Shown piece by piece: positions 1 through 10,485 of a stretch of 64,000 bases of DNA. A program made the position numbers and the translations under genes. Source of the stretch: Bacteroidia bacterium (GTDB lineage: Bacteria; Bacteroidota; Bacteroidia; AKYH767-A; 2013-40CM-41-45). How positions within the stretch are numbered: the first letter of the stretch is position 1; every line of letters begins with the position of its first letter. The notes under the pieces were generated by a model. That model made no database searches and was not told where the DNA came from. It was given only the letters and a program-made list of their open reading frames with translations. The stretch covers positions 12,182 to 76,181 of the forward strand of contig JAXLTM010000008.1 in NCBI GenBank assembly GCA_046330055.1, given 5' to 3'.

Positions 1-2
1 TG

Positions 3-413
3 ATCGAAAATGAAATCACCCCACAATTCAAAGCCGGGGATTTTTACGCGGGTCTGAATGATGGCACCACGGCCATCATGCAAATCGTAAAGGGAGAATA
101 CAAAGCCGACAAAAAATGGAATAAAAACAACGGAGGATTTTTCCCTGTGATTATGTTCATTTTCATTTTTATCATAGTTATGTTTTTACAAGTCCGAAGA
201 GTATCCCGTTACGGCAAAATGAATAACCTCGGATTCTGGGCAGCATGGGCCTTGCTTAATGCAGCTTCAAGAAGAAGTCGCGGTTCATGGGGAGGTTTCA
301 GCGGCGGAAGCGGTTGGGGCGGCGGCGGCTGGGGAAGTGGCGGTGGAGGTGGCGGATTCGGAGGCTTCGGCGGCGGCAGCTCGGGTGGTGGTGGCGCAGG
401 CGGCAGTTGGTAA
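3..413 (+). CDS. TPM-domain (YgcG-like) protein, C-terminal part; 5' end is outside the window
   Basis: The frame is open from base 3 (IENEITPQFKAGDFYAGLNDGTTAIMQIVKGEY...). It continues into one TM helix and a Gly-rich tail (GGGGWGSGGGGGGFGGFGGG), the usual C-terminal layout of TPM/DUF477 proteins. The ORF track shows only the internal Met at 78. Confidence 0.6.
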   Translation: MENEITPQFKAGDFYAGLNDGTTAIMQIVKGEYKADKKWNKNNGGFFPVIMFIFIFIIVMFLQVRRVSRYGKMNNLGFWAAWALLNAASRRSRGSWGGFSGGSGWGGGGWGSGGGGGGFGGFGGGSSGGGGAGGSW

Positions 414-434
414 AATTCTAACGATATTCGCAGG

Positions 435-1385
435 ATGAAAAAACAACTTGTTGTATTTGCTTCTCTCCTGCTATTTCTCCTTTCGTGTCATCAGACTGAT
501 CAAAATAAACCTTCTATCGGCTTTTTGGATTTAGTGAAAGATGAAACGCTTGACAAAGCGCGACAGGGATTTTATGATGCTTTGAAAGAAGGTGGTTTCG
601 ATGAAAAAAACATCAACATCATTTACCGGAATGCACAAGGCGATCAGCCTGCTTTGTTACAGGCTTGTGATTATCTGATTTCACAAAATGTAAAACTGAT
701 TGCCACCAACCCTACTCTATCGACGATTACTGCTGTGCAGCGAACCAAAACTATTCCTGTTTGCATGATGGTCTCTCCCCGACCTGATATTGCCAAACTT
801 ACTGATGCTGCCGGAAATGCTCCGTCAAATTTGTTTGGAGCTTATGAAACACTTGACTATATCGATACAGCTGTTGCACTGATTCGTCAGATTCTCCCAA
901 ATGCAAAAAAAATTGGAACGATATTCAATCAGAGCGAACCTCAGTCGATTGATGCATTGAAAAGAATTGAAACCACTTGTGCTGCCATGGGTGTAGATGT
1001 TGTCAAACTTCCCGTAAATAATTCCAATGAAACACAGATGGTGACACAGTCGCTTCTCTCTCAAAAAATAGATGCTTTTTTTGCATTACCGGATAACACC
1101 GTTTTTTCTTCAATGGAAGTGATCGTGAAAGAATGTGATGCGGCAAAGGTACCTGTGTTCACGAGTGAAGAAGGCCTGGTGATTCGGGGTGCTACTGCAG
1201 GCTTTGGCGCCGACATGTATCACTGGGGATATCAGTCGGGCAAGCAGGCAGCAGCATTACTCAAAGGTAAACCGCTGAGTGAACTGAAACCGGAAATTGT
1301 TACAGCCCGTCGACGTGTTTATAATCCGGTGAAAGCCGCAAGCTTCGGATTCAAATTCGACAGTACATTTACAGCAGTTAAATAA
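435..1385 (+). CDS. ABC transporter substrate-binding lipoprotein (ABC_sub_bind / COG2984-like)
   Basis: 316 aa with a lipoprotein-type signal (LLFLLSC). Periplasmic-binding-protein fold motifs are present. It is the first gene of a three-gene ABC operon with 6-bp and overlapping junctions. Confidence 0.7.
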   Translation: MKKQLVVFASLLLFLLSCHQTDQNKPSIGFLDLVKDETLDKARQGFYDALKEGGFDEKNINIIYRNAQGDQPALLQACDYLISQNVKLIATNPTLSTITAVQRTKTIPVCMMVSPRPDIAKLTDAAGNAPSNLFGAYETLDYIDTAVALIRQILPNAKKIGTIFNQSEPQSIDALKRIETTCAAMGVDVVKLPVNNSNETQMVTQSLLSQKIDAFFALPDNTVFSSMEVIVKECDAAKVPVFTSEEGLVIRGATAGFGADMYHWGYQSGKQAAALLKGKPLSELKPEIVTARRRVYNPVKAASFGFKFDSTFTAVK

Positions 1386-1391
1386 GTTGGA

Positions 1392-2255
1392 ATGACGTTT
1401 TATCTTACCGCTGTTTTACTCGGACTTGCATTTTCCGCTATGGCGATGGGCATCTTCATCTCTATGCGCATCTTCAATATCCCTGATATTACAACGGATG
1501 GAAGTTTCACACTGGGCGGTGCAGTTACGGCAATACTTCTTGCAGGTAATAATTTTCCTCCGCTCTTCACCTTACCCATTGCTTTCCTCGCCGGTGCAAT
1601 GGCAGGAGCAGTTACCGGATTTATACACACTTCACTTCGGGTCCATGCATTGCTGTCCGGAATTCTGGTCATGACAGGATTGTACTCCGTGAATCTTGCC
1701 ATGATGGAACGATCAAATATTCCGCTTTTGTCGGCCCCGACTATCTTCCCTTCCGCTATTGGTACTGATCAAAACACAATTCAGTTTTTCATTCTGCTAT
1801 TCATTACACTATTGCTTTTTATTGCACTGAGTTACTTACTGAAAAGCGATTTCGGATTAGCCATGCGGGCAACGGGCAACAATGAAAAGATGATACGGTC
1901 GCTGGGGGTTCATACGGGAAGAATGAAGGTAACAGGACTGGCTTTGGCAAACGGCCTGACAGCACTGAGCGGTTCACTCATTGTGCAGGTGCAGGGATAT
2001 GCCGACATCAATATGGGTATTGGCATTGTCATTCTTGGGCTTGGCTCGGTGATGATTGGAACAATGTTTCTGAGTTTTCTTAAATCTCAAAATATTATTT
2101 TACATCTGGCATCAGTAATTGCCGGAAGTATTTTGTTCCGATTGATTCTTGCTTATACGCTGAGCATCGGAATTGATGCAATGTACCTGAAGCTAGTTAC
2201 ATCACTTTTTGTACTTCTTGTAGTAAGTATTCCGAATTTAAAGAAAAGCACATGA
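1392..2255 (+). CDS. ABC transporter permease (COG4120-like)
   Basis: 287 aa, polytopic and hydrophobic. It sits between the binding protein and the ATPase, and its stop overlaps the next start. Confidence 0.7.
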   Translation: MTFYLTAVLLGLAFSAMAMGIFISMRIFNIPDITTDGSFTLGGAVTAILLAGNNFPPLFTLPIAFLAGAMAGAVTGFIHTSLRVHALLSGILVMTGLYSVNLAMMERSNIPLLSAPTIFPSAIGTDQNTIQFFILLFITLLLFIALSYLLKSDFGLAMRATGNNEKMIRSLGVHTGRMKVTGLALANGLTALSGSLIVQVQGYADINMGIGIVILGLGSVMIGTMFLSFLKSQNIILHLASVIAGSILFRLILAYTLSIGIDAMYLKLVTSLFVLLVVSIPNLKKST

Positions 2256-3004
2256 TTGAATTCAGGAACATTTCAAAAACCTTCAACAAGAATTCTCCAA
2301 ACGAAGTACGCGCACTGGAAAACTTCAGTCTTGAAATTGGAGACGGTGAATTCGTTATTTTGATTGGCACGAACGGCTCGGGCAAGTCGACGGTATTGAA
2401 TCTGCTTAGCGGAACCATTCTGCCGGATGAAGGAACAATTCTCCTCGATCAACAGAATATCACATCACTGAAAGAATACGAGCGGAGTAAATGGATTGCG
2501 AGAATTTTTCAGGATCCACTTGCGGGAACTTCGCCTGAATTAACTGTTCTTGAGAATTTTCGTCTTGCCTCACTGCGTGGCAAATCAAAAACACTGAACA
2601 TCGGCACCGGTAAAGCATTTCGCAGCATGGTTAAGGAATTAGTTTCTTCGCTCGGATCAGAATTAAAACTTGACTCAAAATTAGATCAGAGCATGGGATC
2701 ACTCTCCGGCGGACAACGTCAGGCTCTGACGCTGTTAATGGCGACGATGAACAATTCCAAAGTACTTTTACTCGACGAGCCTGCTGCTGCCCTCGATCCT
2801 AAAACAGCACATCGCCTGATGGAGCTTTCAGAACGAATTATTCTCGAGAATAAACTTACAGCTATCATGGTTACTCATCAGGTGAAAGATATTATTCGTT
2901 ACGGCAGCCGCGTGATTCAATTGATAGAAGGAAAACAGGTTCGCGATATGAAAGGTGAAGACAAAGCAAAGCTGTCGGCCGTGGAAGTTGTGAATTGGTT
3001 TTGA
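2252..3004 (+). CDS. ABC transporter ATP-binding protein (COG1101-like)
   Basis: Walker A GTNGSGKST, signature LSGGQRQ, Walker B LLLDEP. Confidence 0.85.
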   Translation: MIEFRNISKTFNKNSPNEVRALENFSLEIGDGEFVILIGTNGSGKSTVLNLLSGTILPDEGTILLDQQNITSLKEYERSKWIARIFQDPLAGTSPELTVLENFRLASLRGKSKTLNIGTGKAFRSMVKELVSSLGSELKLDSKLDQSMGSLSGGQRQALTLLMATMNNSKVLLLDEPAAALDPKTAHRLMELSERIILENKLTAIMVTHQVKDIIRYGSRVIQLIEGKQVRDMKGEDKAKLSAVEVVNWF

Positions 3005-3016
3005 TTGGTGAAGAGC

Positions 3017-3163
3017 GATCAGAGATCAGTGATCAGTGATCAGTGATTAGTGATTAGTGATTAGTGATTGGTGATTATTGATTAGTGATTAGTGATTGGA
3101 AATTGGAAATTACTAACTACTGATTACTGATTACTAATTACTAATTACTAATTACTAATCACC
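3017..3163. repeat. Heptamer tandem-array hairpin: (GATCAGT/GATTAGT)x13, a short centre, then (TACTGAT/TACTAAT)x7
   Basis: Read directly. The left arm at 3017-3099 and right arm at 3111-3163 are complementary in several registers. It starts 13 nt after the ABC ATPase stop. Confidence 0.9.
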
Positions 3164-3244
3164 TATCCTTTTAAGCAATTCCCGGTCAGATATCATCACA
3201 ATTTTCTTTGCTAAAGGGTAAAAATTTGCTTAAATTCGGCCCAT

Positions 3245-5242
3245 ATGATGAAAAGAATCTCTGTCTTCTTTGCACTTTGGCTTACGACAATTATGTCATT
3301 CGGCCAAATGCTGGCTCCGGCAAAATGGACGTTTACAAAAACAGAAGAAAAAGACGGTGCTGCAACTCTGAAGTTCAACGTTAAACTTGATGAAGGGTGG
3401 CACCTGTACTCACAATTTACACCCGACGGCGGCCCGCTTCCGATGGTTTTTACATTTAACCCTTCTAAAGGCTACCAGCTTATAGGGAAGGTTACGGAAC
3501 CGAAGTATCACGAAGAGTACGATTCCACTTTCATGGTGAAAGTCTACTTATTTGAGAAGGAAGCAACTTTTACACAGAAAGTCAAACTCACCGGTGATGC
3601 TGTTGAGATCAAAGGGAAAATAGATTATCAGGTTTGTAAGGAGTCTTGCATTTTTCAGGATACAAGTTTCGCATTTACATTCGGCAAATCAACCGGAAGT
3701 ATTCAGCTCATCAATACTGTTCCGGGTGATACTGCTTCAGCTATACAAGTAGTTTCTCCTCCTGAAGATACGATTAAGCAAAATGCAAATTCGGGGTTGC
3801 TCGAAGAAGGATGCGGAACTACGAATGACAAACCGGACAACAAAACACAACGTACATTACTTACTATTTTCATTGCCGGAATGCTTGGGGGATTTCTTGC
3901 ACTGCTTACTCCGTGTGTGTTTCCAATGATTCCGATGACAGTGAGCTTTTTCACCAAGCGTAGCGGGAGTCGTGCCAAAGGAATCCGAAATGCGCTCATC
4001 TATGCATTGTCCATCATTGTCATATACGTAACACTCGGTTTCTTAGTCACCGTAACGTTAGGCTCGGATGCATTGAATGACATGTCGAGTAATGCTTTCT
4101 TCAATCTCTCCTTCTTTTTCATCTTCGTAATTTTTGCCATCAGTTTCTTCGGCGCATTCGAAATCACATTACCAAGTTCGTTCGTAAACAAAGCAGATGC
4201 TGCCAGTGATCGTGGCGGATTGCTTGGAATATTTTTCATGGCCTTTACGCTTTCACTCGTTTCATTCAGTTGCACCGGTCCGATCATTGGAACTTTACTG
4301 GTCGAAGCGGCGCACGGACAATCTTACCTTGGTCCGATTGCCGGAATGACAGGCTTTTCATTTGCACTGGCAATTCCGTTTGCTCTCTTTGCCATGTTCC
4401 CGGGCTGGCTGAATTCCCTGCCTAAATCAGGCGGCTGGCTTAATACGGTGAAAGTAACGTTGGGCTTTGTGGAACTGGCACTTGCAATGAAATTTTTATC
4501 GAACGTAGATCTTGCTTACCACTGGGGATTTCTCAAGAGGGAAATCTTTATTGCTATATGGATTACGATTGCCGTTGTGCTTGGATTTTATCTGCTCGGA
4601 AAAATCCGCCTATCACATGACAGTGATACGAATTACATTTCCATCGGCAGATTACTTTCGGCTCTCTTCTCATTCTCCTTTGCTGTATATCTCATTCCCG
4701 GTATCTGGGGAGCACCGTTAAAACTGATCAGCGGATTTCCTCCGCCGGAGTTTTACAAAGAATGGCAAACCGGAAAAGCTGAAGAATGTCCGCACGACCT
4801 GAATTGCTTTCATGATTACGACGAAGGAATGGCTTACGCCAAAGCGCAAGGCAAACCTGTAATGATTGATTTCACAGGCTGGGCCTGCGTGAATTGCCGG
4901 AAGATGGAAGAAAAAGTATGGAGCGATCCAAAAGTACTCAAGCATCTTCGTGAAAACTATGTCCTGATTTCACTTTATGTCGACGACAAAACCAAATTAC
5001 CTGAAAGTGAACAATACACTTCAACTTTCAGCGGCAGACGTATTGAAACCACAGGCAACAAGTGGAGCGAAAAACAAGCATCGGAATACAAAACCAATTC
5101 TCAACCATATTATGTCCTGCTTGACAACAAAGGAAAAATCCTCGCCGAACCGCGCGGATATACGCCGGACATTCCAACTTATAAAGATTTTCTGGAAGAG
5201 GGGTTGTGCAGGTTTGAGAAGAGAAAGCAATTAGCTAATTAG
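3245..5242 (+). CDS. dsbD: Thiol:disulfide interchange protein DsbD-like
   Basis: 665 aa. It has a signal peptide and an N-terminal DsbD-alpha-like domain. The central CcdA-type TM core carries LTPCVFPMIP. The C-terminal thioredoxin fold carries WACVNC. Confidence 0.85.
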   Translation: MMKRISVFFALWLTTIMSFGQMLAPAKWTFTKTEEKDGAATLKFNVKLDEGWHLYSQFTPDGGPLPMVFTFNPSKGYQLIGKVTEPKYHEEYDSTFMVKVYLFEKEATFTQKVKLTGDAVEIKGKIDYQVCKESCIFQDTSFAFTFGKSTGSIQLINTVPGDTASAIQVVSPPEDTIKQNANSGLLEEGCGTTNDKPDNKTQRTLLTIFIAGMLGGFLALLTPCVFPMIPMTVSFFTKRSGSRAKGIRNALIYALSIIVIYVTLGFLVTVTLGSDALNDMSSNAFFNLSFFFIFVIFAISFFGAFEITLPSSFVNKADAASDRGGLLGIFFMAFTLSLVSFSCTGPIIGTLLVEAAHGQSYLGPIAGMTGFSFALAIPFALFAMFPGWLNSLPKSGGWLNTVKVTLGFVELALAMKFLSNVDLAYHWGFLKREIFIAIWITIAVVLGFYLLGKIRLSHDSDTNYISIGRLLSALFSFSFAVYLIPGIWGAPLKLISGFPPPEFYKEWQTGKAEECPHDLNCFHDYDEGMAYAKAQGKPVMIDFTGWACVNCRKMEEKVWSDPKVLKHLRENYVLISLYVDDKTKLPESEQYTSTFSGRRIETTGNKWSEKQASEYKTNSQPYYVLLDNKGKILAEPRGYTPDIPTYKDFLEEGLCRFEKRKQLAN

Positions 5243-5255
5243 CTAATTAGCTAAT
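5229..5255. repeat. (TTAGCTAA)x3 palindromic octamer array
   Basis: The sequence aattagctaattagctaattagctaatt is fully self-complementary. The dsbD TAG stop (5240-5242) lies inside it. Confidence 0.9.
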
Positions 5256-5265
5256 TTAAAAAAAC

Positions 5266-5273
5266 TACCTTTG
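5266..5273 (+). promoter_or_regulatory. Candidate Bacteroidota -7 promoter box TACCTTTG
   Basis: Exact match to TAnnTTTG, 8 nt upstream of the ATG at 5282. Confidence 0.45.
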
Positions 5274-5281
5274 CGCCCGTT

Positions 5282-6744
5282 ATGCAGAGGAAATTTGTTA
5301 CGAATCTGGGGCTGGTGCTCGTGCTGAATCTGCTCATCAAGCCGTTTTGGGTGTTGGGAGTTGACAGAGCCGTGCAGAATGCAGTAGGAACTGAGCAGTA
5401 CGGATTTTACTATGCGATTTTCAATCTTTCTTTTCTCTTTAATATCCTGTTGGATTTCGGCATTACCAATTTCAACAATAAAAATATTAGTCAGAATAAC
5501 CACCTGCTGAGCAAACACCTGTCGAGTATTCTGGTGCTCAGAGTTCTTCTGGCGATTTTATTCAGCGTCATCACCTTCATCGGCGGACTCATGGATCGGG
5601 TACACGCCTGACATGATGAAATTGCTGGTAACGGTGATTGTTAATCAGATTTTAATCTCGTTCATACTTTACCTGCGTTCTAATCTGGCAGGATTGCATT
5701 TATTCAAAACCGACAGTATCATTTCCGTGCTGGACCGGTTAATCATGATTACTCATTTGCGAAAAAAAAAAAGCACTTTTGCTTACGCATAAAGAACAAG
5801 GCAGCTTTGATTTAAGGTGGTTTATCTACACGCAAACTTTTGCTTACGCCTTGGTTGCTTTCATTACTCTTATTATCGTTTTGAAAAAAGCGCATGTCAG
5901 ACGACTCTATTGGCGCTGGCCGTTTTTCATGATGATCTTAAAAAAATCATATCCATATGCAGTGCTGGTGCTGCTTATGTCGTTCTATAATCGTATCGAC
6001 AGTGTGATGCTGGAGCGGCTTCTCCCCTTCAGAATAGGTGCCAATGAAGCCGGAATTTATGCTTCAGCATACCGTTTGCTGGATGCGGCAAATATGATTG
6101 CTTTCCTCTTTGCAGGACTACTGCTGCCCATCTTCGCGAGGATGATTAAGCTGAAGCAAAATGTAGAAGAAATGGTAGTGTTATCATTTTCTTTGCTGGT
6201 CATTCCTGCATTGGTGGTGGCTATCTGCTCCTACTTCTTCAGCTATGATCTGATGAATATGCTTTACACGGGCGATCATATTGAAGAATCTGCTACGGTA
6301 TTCAAGATACTCATGTGTTGTTTCGTACCGATTTCGACGAGTTATATTTTCGGAACATTGCTGACTGCCAATGGCAGCATGCGTCAGCTGAACATTATGG
6401 CCAGTACAGGCATGATCATTAATATCGGATTAAATTTCTATCTCATTCCAAAATATTCTGCCGCAGGGGCAGCTATTTCGTCGATCTCCACGCAACTTTT
6501 CACTTCAGCGGCGCAGGTAATTATGTCAAAAAAGCTATTTGACTTTAAAACGAATATTAATCTGATCGGAAAGGTTCTTTTCTTCATCCTGTTCTGTATC
6601 GGCGTGAGCTATTTCTCTCATCAGTTGAATCTACCGTGGATGGTTCGCTTTATCATTGCCGCCGGCACTTGTATGGTTGCTGCTTTCGGACTGCGGATTA
6701 TCAATCTGAAGAACATTTACCACATTATTAAGTACGGAGAATAA
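5282..6744 (+). pseudogene. Polysaccharide flippase (MOP/Wzx-type), interrupted by at least 2 frameshifts
   Basis: Three consecutive pieces in three frames read as one flippase: 5282-5611, a middle piece (IGYTPDMMKLLVTVIVNQILISF...), and 5779-6744. The second break coincides with an A11 run at 5762-5772. Confidence 0.7.
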
Positions 6745-6947
6745 TCCAATTCCCGCACAGAATTGTTCAGGATTGCAGGTATGTCAGCGCAAGCCTCTTG
6801 AAGAATTTTAGCCGATTTCCAAAATGCACGGAAAATTCTTTCCTAGAAGTACAGAATAGTGTCAAATTCAACCACTTAAAGGGCCTTTAAAGGTTTTGGT
6901 ATTCGGTTTCCTTTTCTACCTTTGGGGCCCTTGTAATTTTCAAAATC

Positions 6948-8057
6948 ATGTTTCAAAAGGCCCGGGATACAGCTTACCTGGAATCCACCAGTTTACTGAT
7001 CCTCATGGTCAGGTGGAAAAAACCATTGCTTATTGTGATGGCAGTGGCTTTGGCCGGTTCCGTTTTTTTCTCCAGCCCATTATTTATTACACCGAAATAC
7101 AAATCCACGGTGATCTTATTTCCGTCTTCCACAAACTCGGTAAGTAAAGCCATTATGGAAGATTCTCCATCCGAAAAACAGGACATCCTCGCTTTCGGCG
7201 AAGAGGAACAGGCAGAGCAGATGTTGCAAATCCTGAATTCAGACGATATCCGTAACAGCATTATTCAGAAATATAATCTGAGAGAACACTATGAGATCAA
7301 TGCTTCTTCAGATTATCCGATGACATTGCTGACAGAAGAATTCAAAGACAATATCACTTTTTCGAGAACAGAATTTATGTCTGTAAAAATTGAAGTACTC
7401 GATAAAGATCCTCAGACAGCTGCTGATATTGCCAATGATATTGCAGCCTTGCTTGATTCTACAAAAACAAAAATTCAGCGAACCCGTGCCAATGAAGTCC
7501 TCAGCATCATTGAAAAAACGTATGCTGAGAAACAAGGCGAATTAAAAAAACTGGAAGACTCATTGCAGTCGTTGCGTGCAAAGGGAATTATGAATTATGA
7601 GTTTCAATCTGAAATCCTGAATTCTGCATACAATAATGCCCAGAATGTTTTCACAAATGAGAGCGCTGCCCTTCCTGTTCTTTTGCAGTACAAGGATGAG
7701 CGTGACACTTCTGTAATCAGTTGCAAAGCCAGAATCAAAGGTGCAGAAGCCAAGATGAAAATTCTGGGACAGCAGCTTCATGATCTTGCCCAATATGGCG
7801 GTGCAAGTATGTCGCTTAATTCGGAAATTGAAAGTCAACGAAAAGAGTTGACCAAAATAAAAGAGCAACTGGAAAAAGCCCTTATCGACGCTAACCAGAA
7901 TGTTTCCCACAAGTTTATCGTCAACCAAGCCGTGAAGGCTGAAAAGAAATCCTATCCGGTAAGATGGCTCATCGTACTTCTTACTTTGGCAGCCACTTTT
8001 GTACTGGCAATGGTTGTATTGTCAAGTCTGCAGAAATACAAAGAAATCAACATTTAA
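6948..8057 (+). CDS. Chain-length determinant (Wzz/GumC-like) protein
   Basis: 369 aa. It has an N-terminal TM after RWKKPLLIV, a long coiled-coil region, and a C-terminal TM, and it sits in a polysaccharide locus. Confidence 0.65.
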   Translation: MFQKARDTAYLESTSLLILMVRWKKPLLIVMAVALAGSVFFSSPLFITPKYKSTVILFPSSTNSVSKAIMEDSPSEKQDILAFGEEEQAEQMLQILNSDDIRNSIIQKYNLREHYEINASSDYPMTLLTEEFKDNITFSRTEFMSVKIEVLDKDPQTAADIANDIAALLDSTKTKIQRTRANEVLSIIEKTYAEKQGELKKLEDSLQSLRAKGIMNYEFQSEILNSAYNNAQNVFTNESAALPVLLQYKDERDTSVISCKARIKGAEAKMKILGQQLHDLAQYGGASMSLNSEIESQRKELTKIKEQLEKALIDANQNVSHKFIVNQAVKAEKKSYPVRWLIVLLTLAATFVLAMVVLSSLQKYKEINI

Positions 8058-8086
8058 CTCCTACACATTAGTACCATAATCATTCA

Positions 8087-9042
8087 ATGAATAATTCATT
8101 TCTCAATTCGATTGAACTCATCAGCCTATTAAACAGGTGGAAAAAACAACTGATGATAGTGGCCGGAATCAGTTTGCTGGCTTCAATCATCTTTTTCATC
8201 GCTGATGTTCGCTTAAACGAAGTTCAAATCAACGGCTATTGTTTATCCTTCCAACCTTATTGCCTACCGACAGAGAGTGCAACTGAACAGATGTTGCAGA
8301 TATGTCAGTCGTCGACTATCCGCGACCAGATTATCCGCAGTTTTAACCTGTTTTTATGGTCACGACATTGATTCAACGAAGGATCGTGCCTACAAGACGA
8401 GCGTTTACAGGATGTACGATGAAAACATCAACATCAAAAAACAGAATATGAATCAATGGAAGTTACTGTTTACGACATCAGCCCCGACACGGTTATTATG
8501 ATTGACTCCATCATTCATTTTTTCAATCTGAAAGCTCGTCAACTACAGTCAGAAAAATCAATGGAAGTAATGGTGATCACCGGAAATCAACTCACTGCTG
8601 TAAAGCAGAGATGGATTCCGGCGGAAGATTTGTTACACAATTATCAGGTGAATTACGGAATTTTGGATTTCAAACAGCAATCCAAAGAAGCTACACGCGC
8701 TTATCTGCGCGGACTTTCAAACCCTGGTGCAAAGGCGAGCATTGAGGCTAAGGATATGATGAAAAATCTCCAGGACAAAGGTGCAGAAGTAAACTCACTC
8801 ACTGAACATCTCTGGCGTGTACGCGGCACCTACAACGATTTAAAGATCGCTTATGAAAATGCCGAACGCGATGTATTCAAGAAACTCACTGCATCTTTAA
8901 CGTCATCATTTTTCCGAACCTGCCGATAAAAAGCCTACCCAATCCGCTGGCTCATCGTTGTTATTTCAGTGTTATCACTGCTGATGGCATTCACATGATC
9001 ATTCTTGTTTTCTACACTAAGAAAGAAGTTCAAAAACAATAA
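8087..9042 (+). pseudogene. Paralog of the Wzz-like gene, multiply frameshifted
   Basis: Fragments at 8087-8371, 8277-8501 and 8456-8929, plus a tail to 9042, align piecewise with the 6948-8057 protein (LLNRWKKQLMIV..., KFKSTAIVYPS..., ...YPIRWLIVVISV) in alternating frames. Confidence 0.65.
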
Positions 9043-9043
9043 G

Positions 9044-10485
9044 GTGTTACCTGAAAAAATAGAATTACGCTGGTTTTACGGGCTGATCTTTGCCTTCCTT
9101 GGCACTACAGTTTTTTGTATTGCAAAAGAATGGTATTGGATTGCCGCGCTTCCCATTTTTCTGGGAATCGTCACCGCCATTTTCTTTTCACTCGACACCC
9201 ATTCTCTATTTCTTGTTGCTTTTACATCTCTTGCCATCGTTCTCAATGACAAATCGAGCGGACCGGCATTGAGTTTACCTACAGAACCGCTGTTATTCGA
9301 ATACTCCTCCTGTTTAGTTTCAAATTAATTTTTGAAGGAGGCTACGACAGGAGAATTCTTACTCACCCTATTTCCAAAGCAATTTATTTTATTCTCGGCT
9401 GGACGGTTGCCACAAGCTTTACAACACCTATCCGATCAGTCTGAAACACCTTCTCTCACAACTATGGTTCATTGTGCCTTCTTATTTTTTAGGCATCATG
9501 CTCTTTTAAGGAGAAAAAACATCAAGAGATTCATCTGGCTTTATCTGTTCATTCAATGGTCTGCATTTACACCATTACACGACATGCAATGAAACGCATG
9601 GACACAAAAAAGGCCGCCCACTGGGTAATGACACCATTCTACAATGACCATACAGCTTATGTTGCAGCCCTTGCTCTTTATCCCTCCGGTGATTTACCTC
9701 TGAGCAGATCATACGAATACATTCAAGGAGCGTACATTTTCGGGTCTGCTTTCATTCTGTTATTGCTGGCGCTCATTCTTTCGTAGCGCTCGAGCAGCAT
9801 GGCTGAGCCTTGTTCTTGCTCGGTCTTTTTTATCGTCTACCGCATGCGAATTAAATTTACTGGGTGTTGACGATGATTGCAGGTGCATCGATCGTTTTTC
9901 TTCAAGACAGCATTACTTGATGAAACTGAAAAGAACCGACAGGACTCTGCAACTGATTTCAATAAACACATTCAGTCGATTTCAAATATCTCTACCGATG
10001 CATCCAATCTGGAACGTATCAACAGATGGAATTGTGCCATCAGGATGTGGAAACAGAAACCTTTCTGGGGCTGGGGACCGGGAACCTATCAATTCAATTA
10101 CGCTCCGTTTCAGAAGTCAAGCGAAATGACCATCATCAGTACCAATGCCGGTGATATGGGAAATGCACATAGTGAATTCATCGGGCCATTGTCGGAACAA
10201 GGCGTTCTTGGAATGGCAGCCATGATTATACTTGTTGTAGTCGTTATCTATCGCGCGTCCATTATTTTCTCCCGTTCGAAAAACAAAAACACGCAGAGAA
10301 TTACGCTGGCTATTTTACTTGGCTTAGTGACTTACTTTATTCACGGTACGATGAACAACTTCCTTGATACCGACAAACTTGCCGTGCCAGTCTGGTCGTT
10401 CATTGGAATGATTGCCGCCATAGATATTTACATTTACGGCGAAGAGAAAAAGACTCCTCCTGAAATTAATGGAATAAACAACTGA
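9044..10485 (+). pseudogene. O-antigen ligase (Wzy_C) family protein, multiply frameshifted
   Basis: The C-terminal piece 9877-10485 has the ligase-type motif RWNCAIRMWKQKPFWGWGPGTYQF...NAHSEF. The upstream TM segments are scattered over at least 4 frame changes (9005-9328, 9332-9592, 9556-9786). Confidence 0.6.

Noticed and set aside
290-413. GGC/GGT-rich stretch at the window start, considered as a DNA-level simple repeat element
   Set aside because: It is in frame and encodes the glycine-rich C-terminal tail typical of TPM-domain proteins. It is unrelated to the AT-rich intergenic arrays.
3017-3163. The tandem arrays here and at 24045-24162, 43681-43818 and elsewhere, considered as CRISPR arrays
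   Set aside because: The units are only 7-8 bp and directly abut one another. There are no unique spacers, no 25-40 bp repeats, and no cas genes in the window.
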